From Fibrobacter succinogenes subsp. succinogenes S85 (GTDB lineage: Bacteria; Fibrobacterota; Fibrobacteria; Fibrobacterales; Fibrobacteraceae): a stretch of DNA of 32,000 bases. Shown piece after piece: positions 24,693 to 32,000 of this stretch (its first letter is position 1; each line of letters opens with the position of its first letter). The notes under the pieces were generated by a model. The model saw only the letters and a list, made by a program, of their open reading frames with translations. It had not been told where the DNA came from and made no database searches. The stretch lies in contig NC_017448.1 of assembly GCF_000146505.1 (NCBI RefSeq), forward strand, positions 120,001 to 152,000. Reading direction: 5' to 3'. Both the position numbers and the translations under genes were made by a program.

Positions 24693-25745
24693 TTAGTGGC
24701 GGAAATGGCGCATTCCGGTGAACACCATCGCGATGCCGAACTTGTCTGCAGATTCGATGGAAAGGTCATCCTTCTTGGAGCCACCCGGCTGAACAATGTA
24801 ACGGACGCCGGCATCGTGTGCGGCTTCGACGTTGTCCGGGAACGGGAAGAATGCGTCAGAACCCATAACGACTTCACCGAAGACCTTCTTTTCGAGAGCC
24901 TTGAGACCAGCTTCATTGATGAGCTTGCCGTTTTCGTCGAAGAATTCCTTTGCTTCCGGAAGGCGTGCGACGTTGTCGCGGACGCGCGGTTGGCAGAGGC
25001 GGAGGTTCGAGTCAATGCGGTTCGGCTGACCCGGGCCAAGACCCATCACCTGGAAGTAACCCGGCTTGTATTCGTAGCACATCACGATAGCGTTAGACTT
25101 TGTATGCTTGGTAACGAGCCAAGTGAAGCGGGCGAGGTCTTCCTTGTTCTTCGGGAACTGAGCCTTCGTTACGCATTCGAACTTTTCCCAAGTACCGATG
25201 TCGCGGTCCTGGACGAGCATACCGCCAATCACGTGCTTGTAAACCTTGCAAGCGGTAGCCTTCTTGATTTCGCCCACTTCGAGGAGGCGAATGTCCTTGG
25301 ACTTGTTCTTGAGGAATTTGAGAGCGTCATCATCGAAAGCCGGAGCGAGCAAGATTTCAACGAACTTGCCCTTGAGGAATTCGGCAGTCTTCAAATCGAC
25401 CTTGCGGGTCACTGCAATCACAGAACCGAAAGCGGACACCGGGTCACCTGCCCAAGCGGCTTCCAAAGCTTCGCGGAGCGTTTCGCCCGTAGCAAGACCG
25501 CACGGATTCATGTGCTTTACGATCACGACAGCATTGCCGTCGCTGAATTCGCGAGCCATTTCGAGGGCGGCGTCAGCATCGACGATGTTGTTGTAAGAAA
25601 GTTCCTTGCCCCAGAGCTGCTTTGCAGAAGCGAGGTTTGCTTCGGTGCAGGTCGGGTCGCGGTAGAATACGGCGGACTGGTGGGAGTTTTCACCGTAGCG
25701 CATCGGCTGCGGGTCAACGAATTTCAAAACGAGTTCTTCGGACAT
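24693..25745 (-). CDS. purH: Phosphoribosylaminoimidazolecarboxamide (AICAR) formyltransferase, AICARFT domain only (no MGS-like IMP cyclohydrolase domain)
   Basis: 350 aa. It begins at the equivalent of the middle of a bifunctional PurH (..[14 protein letters not shown].., [21 protein letters not shown]) and ends ..FTGMRHFRH, as PurH does. Confidence 0.88.
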   Translation of the reverse strand: MSEELVLKFVDPQPMRYGENSHQSAVFYRDPTCTEANLASAKQLWGKELSYNNIVDADAALEMAREFSDGNAVVIVKHMNPCGLATGETLREALEAAWAGDPVSAFGSVIAVTRKVDLKTAEFLKGKFVEILLAPAFDDDALKFLKNKSKDIRLLEVGEIKKATACKVYKHVIGGMLVQDRDIGTWEKFECVTKAQFPKNKEDLARFTWLVTKHTKSNAIVMCYEYKPGYFQVMGLGPGQPNRIDSNLRLCQPRVRDNVARLPEAKEFFDENGKLINEAGLKALEKKVFGEVVMGSDAFFPFPDNVEAAHDAGVRYIVQPGGSKKDDLSIESADKFGIAMVFTGMRHFRH

Positions 25746-25820
25746 ATCATTTCCTTTGTGGAATTTTCCGAAGGAAATATAGAAAAATAGCCGAAGGAGA
25801 TTATTGTAGAATTCTTGATT

Positions 25821-26729
25821 TTAGAATAACACCCTATACGGAATCTGTTTTAGATTGATACGTCCTTTTAAATCGTAATAACGATGTTTACGTGCTGTGG
25901 TCTGCGGTAAAATATTCTTCTTTTTTATTGTTGTGGTTGGACCTTTTTCTAGAACCATTTCTATGGGGAGGTATACATAACCATTTTGCGAACCGGAGGA
26001 ATACGTTACAGTATAAATAATTGAGTCGCCGTGCTGGATAAAGGATTTGGTCTCTTCAATATCTGGATCGATATTTAAAACAAATTTAAGAGAATCCTTG
26101 TTGTATTTATATTCAATACAAATTCCCTCGTTCTCGGAATCGTTTGTATAAATAAAAGCTGAAGAGTCCAGTCTGGAAATTGTATCTTGAGATGCTCCAT
26201 AAAAGCTTGTTGACCAAAAGAAAAGTGAATCGTTCTTTTGGAAAAATTTTTTAATAAAGGTTTTGTCATCTGTCAAACGATGCTGAACTTGAATTAAGGT
26301 ATCTCCTGTAAAGGCGATGTCAGAAGAATAGTAAGGGGCAGGCTTTTTTGCATCTTTGTCTTCTTGAGTATTAAATGCGTTGTATACCAAGTGTCCTGCA
26401 GAATTGTTTTCTGAATAATTAATGTCTTCGCCATCGTCCAAAGCTTTCCCTTTTTGTGAGTAGGGAGGGTCTTCTATTTTAGATTCAAGAATGTAGCGAG
26501 TGTTCTCATACCAATCAAGTTTGTGATTGGTGGTTGTGCCATCCCAATGAAAATAGACTTCCCTATATGTAGTGTCTTCTCTAAATATATGAAGATAATT
26601 CCTTTGAACTAATATGTAGTCATGGTTCAGGTAATTCATTGCAGGTGATAATTTGTACAATGCATCCGTGCATTTAATAGCCGATGAATATACAACCGAC
26701 AATAATACGAATAATAAAATTTTTTTCAT
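25821..26729 (-). CDS. Secreted hypothetical protein (AT-rich gene)
   Basis: 302 aa with RBS AAAGGAGGAAA. Signal peptide MKKILLFVLLSVVYSSA. Rich in Y, N, D, S and T, and ends ..YYDLKGRINLKQIPYRVLF. No family recognised. Confidence 0.65.
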   Translation of the reverse strand: MKKILLFVLLSVVYSSAIKCTDALYKLSPAMNYLNHDYILVQRNYLHIFREDTTYREVYFHWDGTTTNHKLDWYENTRYILESKIEDPPYSQKGKALDDGEDINYSENNSAGHLVYNAFNTQEDKDAKKPAPYYSSDIAFTGDTLIQVQHRLTDDKTFIKKFFQKNDSLFFWSTSFYGASQDTISRLDSSAFIYTNDSENEGICIEYKYNKDSLKFVLNIDPDIEETKSFIQHGDSIIYTVTYSSGSQNGYVYLPIEMVLEKGPTTTIKKKNILPQTTARKHRYYDLKGRINLKQIPYRVLF

Positions 26730-26783
26730 AATTTCCTCCTTTTCTACTTTTCATAAAATAGTAAAAAAATTTGTTCTGTTGAT

Positions 26784-26810
26784 AAAGAAAAAGCCTACCC
26801 GAGGTAGGCT
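26784..26810 (-). terminator. Rho-independent terminator of the NifU-like gene
   Basis: On the minus strand: AGCCTACC-TCG-GGTAGGCT followed by TTTTTCTTT. Confidence 0.75.
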
Positions 26811-26846
26811 CAATATAATTAAAAACTAATGAGTATTGACTATCAA

Positions 26847-27668
26847 TTAGAACAAACTAGCAGGCGGATTGTTGTCATCTAAACCAGGAACGTCTGGATT
26901 TTGCGGGAGGTTGGCGAGCGGGTCTTCTGGTTCAACGATCAAGTTGTAATAGACGTTGTTCTTGAGCTCGTCTTCGATGTAGAAGAGCGTGCCGCCCATA
27001 GCGCTGCCGCATCCGGCGCATGCGCCCTGGTAGCGGATTTGCAAGCGGTTGTCATCCGTCAAGTCAAGAATTTGTACGTCGCCACCGTCTCCCTGGAGCG
27101 TTCCACGGACGGTCTGGTGCAGCCATGCTTCAATCTTTTCAATCTTCTGGACTTTGGTAAGCGCATTCCATTCGGCATCAGCTTCGGCACGGCCTTCTGC
27201 TGTCTGCGTGCGGTATTTGATGCGTTCCATCTTCTCGCGAACGATAATTGCCGTGGCCTTCTTTTCGGGATAGATGAGCAGAATCTTTGAGATGAGAGTG
27301 TTCATCTGCTTGATTTCTACAGCGTCTTCCGGGATGGCACGCACGTCCGGTGTATCGCGCAGCTCTTCTTCAAGGCTTTCGGCGGTAATCTTGCAGGCGT
27401 CATCGACAGTAGCCATCTGAATCTTGCGGCAGAACGAATCGGCAAGGGCGGTAAAGAGCGGCCCGCCATACGTAAAGAATCGCGTTTCCAAAATCTTGTC
27501 GCATTCCGGGTCAATCATCAAGTAGACTTTGAGGCTCGCTTCCTTCACATCAACGAGGGCGAGGCCTTTTTCATCGGCTTCAATCTGGAAAATAGCCCCA
27601 CGGTACTTGGGAGCCTTAGCAATATCTTGTAACTTCTGAGAGAATTTAGCGCTTTGTTCTTCGTTCAT
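26847..27668 (-). CDS. NifU-family protein: cysteine-less IscU-like N-domain plus Nfu-type C-domain with CxxC
   Basis: 273 aa. The C-terminal domain carries LQGDGGDV.....L.IRYQGACAGCG, the Nfu/NifU C-terminal CxxC motif. The N-terminal ~120 aa align in outline with IscU, but the three cluster-ligand Cys positions are not conserved. Confidence 0.7.
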   Translation of the reverse strand: MNEEQSAKFSQKLQDIAKAPKYRGAIFQIEADEKGLALVDVKEASLKVYLMIDPECDKILETRFFTYGGPLFTALADSFCRKIQMATVDDACKITAESLEEELRDTPDVRAIPEDAVEIKQMNTLISKILLIYPEKKATAIIVREKMERIKYRTQTAEGRAEADAEWNALTKVQKIEKIEAWLHQTVRGTLQGDGGDVQILDLTDDNRLQIRYQGACAGCGSAMGGTLFYIEDELKNNVYYNLIVEPEDPLANLPQNPDVPGLDDNNPPASLF

Positions 27669-27744
27669 GCGCGCTAATTTAGAAATTTATGGCGCTTTTG
27701 GGGAGGGTTTTACAAAGCCTAGCGTAAATATAGGGTTTTCGGCG

Positions 27745-27779
27745 TAAAAAAGAAAATGCCCGCACTATGGCGGACATTC
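27745..27779 (-). terminator. Rho-independent terminator about 100 nt downstream of glgC
   Basis: On the minus strand: AATGTCCGC-loop-GCGGGCATT (one mismatch) followed by TTTCTTTTTT. Confidence 0.6.
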
Positions 27780-27836
27780 TAGACTTAACTAGGTAAGTTT
27801 ATGCCTGGCGCTCTTCGAGTGCAAGCCTTAGCGGCT

Positions 27837-27866
27837 CGTCATGGGAAAGCGAGTTTTCCCATGACG
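27837..27866 (-). other. Perfect 12-bp hairpin immediately after the glgC stop, without a U-tract
   Basis: CGTCATGGGAAA-gcgagt-TTTCCCATGACG, starting 10 nt from the stop codon at 27876-27878. Confidence 0.7.
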
Positions 27867-27875
27867 CTCGCGTTG

Positions 27876-29126
27876 CTAGGCTTTTATAATCGTATCCTTG
27901 GCGAGGACGACAATGCCGGATTCGGTCACGTGGAAGAGCTGCTTGTCGCGTTCCAGGTCGTAACCGATCTGGAAACCGGCCGGAATATGCAAGCCCTTTT
28001 CAACGATAGCACGGCGCACCTTAGCCCCCGGGCCAATCGTCACGTTCGGGAAGAGGATGGATTCTTCGACGAGGGCGTCCTTCTGGATGGTAACACCCGG
28101 CGAGAGAATGCTCTTCACGACCGTACCACCACCGATAATGCAGCCCGCAGAAACGATGGAATCGACGGCTGCGCCCTGATGGCTTTCGTTGTCGCCCGCA
28201 AAGAAACGTGCGGGCGGCTGGTTCCAGTTGTAAGTACGGATCGGCCAGTAGTTGTTGTAAAGGTCGAACGGCGGATTTTCGGAGCAAAGGTCCATGTTTG
28301 CTTCGAAGAAGGCGTCAAGCGTACCCACATCGCGCCAGTAACCCTTCGTAGAAGCCTTTTCACCACGCACGATGTTTGTGTTGAAGTCGTAGACGTACAC
28401 CGGGTATTCCTTGTACAAGCGCGGAATGATGTGCTTGCCAAAGTCCGTTGCACCGTCGTTTGCGCCCTTCAGGAGTTCACGCACGAGGAACTTGCTCGTG
28501 AAGAGGTAGTTGCCCATGCTGGCGAGGCACCAACCCGGACGGTTCGGCATCTGCTTCGGTTCCTTCGGCTTTTCTTCGAAACCGATCATGCGGTTGTCCG
28601 CGTCAATTTCGATAATGCCAAATTCGCGAGCTTCTTCGACCGGCACAGGAATTGCCGCAATCGTGAGGAGGGCTGCACGGCTCAAGTGGAAATCAATCAT
28701 CTGGTTGATGTCCATCTTGTAAATGTGGTCGCCACCGAAAATAGCCACGAGGTCCGGGCGTTCATCGGTAATCAAGTTGATGTTCTGGAAAATGGCGTCG
28801 GCAGTACCGCGGTACCATTCGTCACCCGTACGCATCTGGGCGGGCACGAGGTCCACATACTGGTCCAAACTTGCATTCAGGCTCCAGGCGGCAGAAATGT
28901 GCTTGTTCAACGAATCGCTCTTGAACTGCGTCAAAACCTTGATCTTGAAAATGCCGGAATTGATGAAATTGTTGAGGACGAAGTCGATAATGCGGTAGGT
29001 TCCGCCAAAGTGGACGGCGGGTTTTGCACGGTCGCGGGTGAGGGGCTGTAGACGGCTCCCTTGTCCACCAGCCATGATCATGCAAAGAATATTCTTTTGA
29101 TGCTCTCTTGAGTAAGACCAGCTCAT
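27876..29126 (-). CDS. glgC: Glucose-1-phosphate adenylyltransferase
   Basis: The motif MAGGQGSRLQPLTRDRAKPAVHFGGTYRIIDFVLNNFINSGI is the GlgC signature, and a left-handed beta-helix C-terminus follows. Start moved from TTG 29147 to ATG 29126, which has AGAGGA 5-6 nt upstream. Confidence 0.93.
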   Translation of the reverse strand: MSWSYSREHQKNILCMIMAGGQGSRLQPLTRDRAKPAVHFGGTYRIIDFVLNNFINSGIFKIKVLTQFKSDSLNKHISAAWSLNASLDQYVDLVPAQMRTGDEWYRGTADAIFQNINLITDERPDLVAIFGGDHIYKMDINQMIDFHLSRAALLTIAAIPVPVEEAREFGIIEIDADNRMIGFEEKPKEPKQMPNRPGWCLASMGNYLFTSKFLVRELLKGANDGATDFGKHIIPRLYKEYPVYVYDFNTNIVRGEKASTKGYWRDVGTLDAFFEANMDLCSENPPFDLYNNYWPIRTYNWNQPPARFFAGDNESHQGAAVDSIVSAGCIIGGGTVVKSILSPGVTIQKDALVEESILFPNVTIGPGAKVRRAIVEKGLHIPAGFQIGYDLERDKQLFHVTESGIVVLAKDTIIKA

Positions 29127-29213
29127 GAAATTCCTCTGTAAATTCAATTATGTAATAGCCGTCCATAAAATACTTTTTTTTTTGCAAAAAACCTTAAATT
29201 TTTGAATTTTTGT

Positions 29214-29253
29214 TAAAAAAAACATACCCCGCCGAGGTGTTTGGCGGAGTATG
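29214..29253 (-). terminator. Rho-independent terminator of the GH9 gene
   Basis: On the minus strand: CATACTCCGCC-9 nt loop-GGCGGGGTATG (10 of 11 pairs) followed by T8. Confidence 0.75.
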
Positions 29254-29279
29254 CCCCATAGGAGTATGTTGGATTGATT

Positions 29280-31835
29280 TTATTTTAGGATTATTGTCTT
29301 TGTTGCTGCTACTTTACCCCCGTTAAAGACTCTAACCTGTAATGCTCCCTTGTGGCGCATGGCGCTATACGGAACACTCAAGTTTTCACTGTTGAAGTTT
29401 GCTTTATAGACTGTATTGCCGAGCAAGTCAAATACCTGGATCAATTTTTGGCCGTTGCCTGAGGCATGAATCATGAGGGATACGGCATTCTGGTCAATTG
29501 TTGCGCTTTTGAGCGGTTTAGTCGTTTTCTTGATTCCGACGGTTTGTCCAGAACCTTCTTCGGCTGGGCTTGATACTATGGTTGTTGCGGCCATCAGTGT
29601 TGCAGAACCAGCAAGGCAAGCTTCGGAAATGTAGTAGTCTTCGACACTTGTATTTTGCGGTATGATAGCACTCTTGGCTTGGGGGGCCGTTCCGCCATAC
29701 AACGCGCCGACCGGGACTCGGTATTTGTAATCCTTGGTGTTTTCCATGTTTCGGCCTTCCGGGTTCGAGGCACGGTGGAACGGGTGAGCATCGTTCTTGT
29801 CTCCTACACCGTAGACAAACGAGATATCCCAGGGATTGACTCCCAGCATGTAGTTCAACTGGTTAATTCCGAGCTGCCACATTTCACTCGATTTCCACGA
29901 AACAGCACCCAAATTGGGGAGTGTCAAGTTTTTCTTTTCGAGGTCAGCGGCGACATCGGCATAAGCAAGGACTTCAAAAATATTGCCAGCTTGGTAAGCA
30001 TTATACTGCCAGGCTAGATCCGTTTGCATATTGAACCAATTGGCATCGTATTTAACGATACCCTGTTTCCAGCCGATTGCGTCGGGAAGCAGGCTGATAG
30101 AAGCGGTTCCGTCGTCTTGCGATACATCGCCAAGATTTGCAATCATGTCCGCAATGCAGTCTTCGATAGCGTTGAGCCATTCCGTTTCGCTAAGTCCGTA
30201 TTCCGTTGTCGCTTTGGTCTTATCAGCAAGAATCAGCTTATACAAGGCGTACGTTGCAAAAGCGTAGGAATTGGCCCAGCTGGTGTTCTTTGCGTTTTTG
30301 AAGAATCCCTTGTCATTTGTGGCAAACCAGCCTCCTTCAAAAAATCCTGCACCGTTTCCGAGTTGTTGGTCTGCGACCAAGTCTTTGGAGCGGAGTGCAT
30401 CGTCGGCATATACCGTCTTGCCTGTAGCATACAGGAGAGCGACAGAGGCGAGAGCTAAGTCGTCATAGAACTCATTGTTGCCGTTGTAGGCGGGAGTGGA
30501 CCAACTTGCTGCGCGCTTATTGTATTTGAACAATTTGCCGTCGCCATAGGATGATTTTCCTTGGGCAAGAGACTTCGCAAAGTCGTACATTTCTTCGGCA
30601 ATTTTTAAGCAGGTTTCGGCGTATGCTTTGTCGTAAACGGCATATTGCTTACCCATAATGGCAAGGCCTGCTGCAATCATGCCAGAGATGTTGGAACCAA
30701 GTTCTCCCAAGCGCAAATCGCGCTCGCTTGCGTTTCCTCGACGAATTGCGGACAAAGTATCCTGTTCTTCGGGCTTGCCCCAATAGCCATGATCAGCGCC
30801 GAAGTTACCGACGGATACGACCATGTTGTCGATGATGCCGTTGGCGAAGTTGTAGGATCGGATAAAGAAGTCCGCGCCATGCTTTGCTTCGCGGAGAATA
30901 TCCGGAATGCCGTCTGTATTTACGGTTTCACTTTGATTATAGGCGTAATGGTCTTTGTCCTTGGATTCGTTTGTTGCGGCCATGATGGCAAGACTCATGA
31001 ACGCATACGACATGGTCATCGATTCCTTGAGATGGTCTCCGCAATCGTACCAGCCGCCTTGCAGAGCGCCTTCCTGCGGAGTGAACTCGGAAACTTCCTC
31101 GTCGTCGTACGTGAATTTACCGCTGCCATCTTTGGTGTGGCTCTTGTCGTGGAACCAGGATTCGGATTCCCCGCTACGCTGGATGCCAAAGAATTTTAGG
31201 CTTGCGTCACGCACCATGGAATAGACTTTGTCGCTTACGATGAATGTACTCGAGATTTCATCGCCGATTTTAATGCGAAGGCGTTTGTCAGTTGGGACGC
31301 TTTGTGGTATTTTTCCCGCTTTGAGAACGCCTGTGGACCCCGCAAAAGAAACCGTATAGCGATCGCGGCTTAAAGTAAGAGCATTCGTTTGAGCTTTAAT
31401 TGTCCAGTCTGATGAGACTTCTGTTGTCTTTGACGTTAAGTCACCTGTGACAGCAGGGGAGAGCGAATTGCCATCTGCATCGACAATTTCGAATTTAGTG
31501 GCTTCGCCGATATAGTAGAATTGCCGTTCCGTGTCCGATGTCAGGTACCCCGCCTGATTGACTCGGATAGGCGAAATATGCGTGTTTAGCGCATCGTAAT
31601 AAGCCTGGTCTAGCGAATCTGGAATAAAGGCGTTCGCCTTGTAAGATTCAGGCTTTTTTTCCTTGGGCAATAAGCCCGTATTTTCTGTATTTGCTAGTTC
31701 GAACTTGTCAAACGCGTCATTATCCCATTTGAGCGGATAGACAGGTCGAATTAAATCGTAAGGTGTTGATTCTGATGCCGATGTGGCTATAGCTGTACCC
31801 AATGCAACCATTCCCAAAACCACATGCTTACGCAT
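29280..31835 (-). CDS. Glycoside hydrolase family 9 endoglucanase with N-terminal Ig-like (CelD_N) domain and T9SS-type C-terminal sorting-like domain
   Basis: 851 aa with RBS AAAGGAGGAAAA and a signal peptide. IRVNQAGYL marks the Ig-like domain. GH9 motifs are GGWYDCGDHLKE, ..DAHPFHRASN.. and YISEACLAGSATLM. The last ~75 aa (LIQVFDLLGNTVYKANF...ALQVRVFNGGKVAATKTIILK) resemble Por/T9SS C-terminal domains. Confidence 0.88.
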   Translation of the reverse strand: MRKHVVLGMVALGTAIATSASESTPYDLIRPVYPLKWDNDAFDKFELANTENTGLLPKEKKPESYKANAFIPDSLDQAYYDALNTHISPIRVNQAGYLTSDTERQFYYIGEATKFEIVDADGNSLSPAVTGDLTSKTTEVSSDWTIKAQTNALTLSRDRYTVSFAGSTGVLKAGKIPQSVPTDKRLRIKIGDEISSTFIVSDKVYSMVRDASLKFFGIQRSGESESWFHDKSHTKDGSGKFTYDDEEVSEFTPQEGALQGGWYDCGDHLKESMTMSYAFMSLAIMAATNESKDKDHYAYNQSETVNTDGIPDILREAKHGADFFIRSYNFANGIIDNMVVSVGNFGADHGYWGKPEEQDTLSAIRRGNASERDLRLGELGSNISGMIAAGLAIMGKQYAVYDKAYAETCLKIAEEMYDFAKSLAQGKSSYGDGKLFKYNKRAASWSTPAYNGNNEFYDDLALASVALLYATGKTVYADDALRSKDLVADQQLGNGAGFFEGGWFATNDKGFFKNAKNTSWANSYAFATYALYKLILADKTKATTEYGLSETEWLNAIEDCIADMIANLGDVSQDDGTASISLLPDAIGWKQGIVKYDANWFNMQTDLAWQYNAYQAGNIFEVLAYADVAADLEKKNLTLPNLGAVSWKSSEMWQLGINQLNYMLGVNPWDISFVYGVGDKNDAHPFHRASNPEGRNMENTKDYKYRVPVGALYGGTAPQAKSAIIPQNTSVEDYYISEACLAGSATLMAATTIVSSPAEEGSGQTVGIKKTTKPLKSATIDQNAVSLMIHASGNGQKLIQVFDLLGNTVYKANFNSENLSVPYSAMRHKGALQVRVFNGGKVAATKTIILK

Positions 31836-31925
31836 TTTTCCTCCTTTGTTTTGGTCTGTATACGTTAATATACATCTTTTGAATGCAATTTTTGCAATAA
31901 ATTATGTTTTTTATAAATTAATTTT

Positions 31926-31946
31926 CTATGATACGGCTATGATACG
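31926..31946. promoter_or_regulatory. Tandem direct repeat CTATGATACG-G-CTATGATACG upstream of the GH9 gene (candidate regulator-binding site)
   Basis: Two exact 10-mers with an 11-bp period, about 90-110 bp upstream of the GH9 start codon (31835). A possible TTGCAA (31892-31897) / TGTATA-TATATT (31867-31874) promoter lies between. Confidence 0.35.
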
Positions 31947-31966
31947 ATGGAGCTGTTTCAGTCCAT

Positions 31967-32000
31967 AAAAAACAAAACACCCCGCCACTTTTGGTGACGG
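31967..32000 (-). terminator. Probable terminator of a minus-strand gene lying beyond the right edge (truncated)
   Basis: A plus-strand A-rich run (31967-31977) is followed by the hairpin CCGCCAC-TTTTG-GTGACGG (one mismatch), which reaches the window end. Confidence 0.35.

Noticed and set aside
25746-25820. ZTP (pfl) or purine riboswitch upstream of the AICARFT-only purH
   Set aside because: Only 75 nt are available, they are AT-rich, and they lack the GC-rich pseudoknot elements (for example CCGCCUGGGC-like) of ZTP riboswitches. There is only a modest hairpin that could occlude the RBS (AUUUCCUU...AAGGAAAU) and a short direct repeat CCGAAGGA(A/G)AT.

Overview
The window looks like a chromosomal segment from a Fibrobacter-like (Fibrobacteres/FCB) genome. 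The taxonomic hint comes from three things: a lipoprotein with two copies of the 'Fibrobacter succinogenes major paralogous domain' (FISUMP), a GH9 endoglucanase with a T9SS-type C-terminal tail, and a BspA/DUF285 repeat protein. All identifications are from motif recognition by eye; no searches were run. I support about 27 protein genes. Housekeeping genes are purB, mfd, gatB, trmFO, glgC, an AICAR-transformylase-only purH, an archaeal-type IMP cyclohydrolase (purO), a TatD-family hydrolase, a nitroreductase, a 5'-nucleotidase and a NifU-like protein. Between them lie envelope or secreted proteins and several small accessory modules. I found no rRNA, tRNA, CRISPR array, transposase or integrase. 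The most interesting items are listed here. (1) A tightly coupled GCS2-type carboxylate-amine ligase plus RimK-like ATP-grasp ligase cassette with unknown product. (2) An exported 359-aa orphan protein whose stop codon overlaps the start of a PIN-like nuclease gene. (3) An unannotated 19-codon ORF with a canonical RBS and terminator inside an AT-rich patch. (4) A split, mosaic end of purine synthesis (PurO plus AICARFT-only PurH), with the latter in a folate-themed operon that also holds an unknown protein, trmFO and a double-wHTH GntR regulator. (5) An outer-membrane-type protein with a ~190-aa TolA/TonB-like Ala/Lys/Glu/Pro-rich spacer. (6) Heptanucleotide tandem repeats carrying stop triplets that close all reading frames in intergenic DNA. 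Nearly all the long 'shadow' ORFs in the track are codon-aligned antisense artefacts of TTA/CTA/TCA avoidance, and I rejected them.
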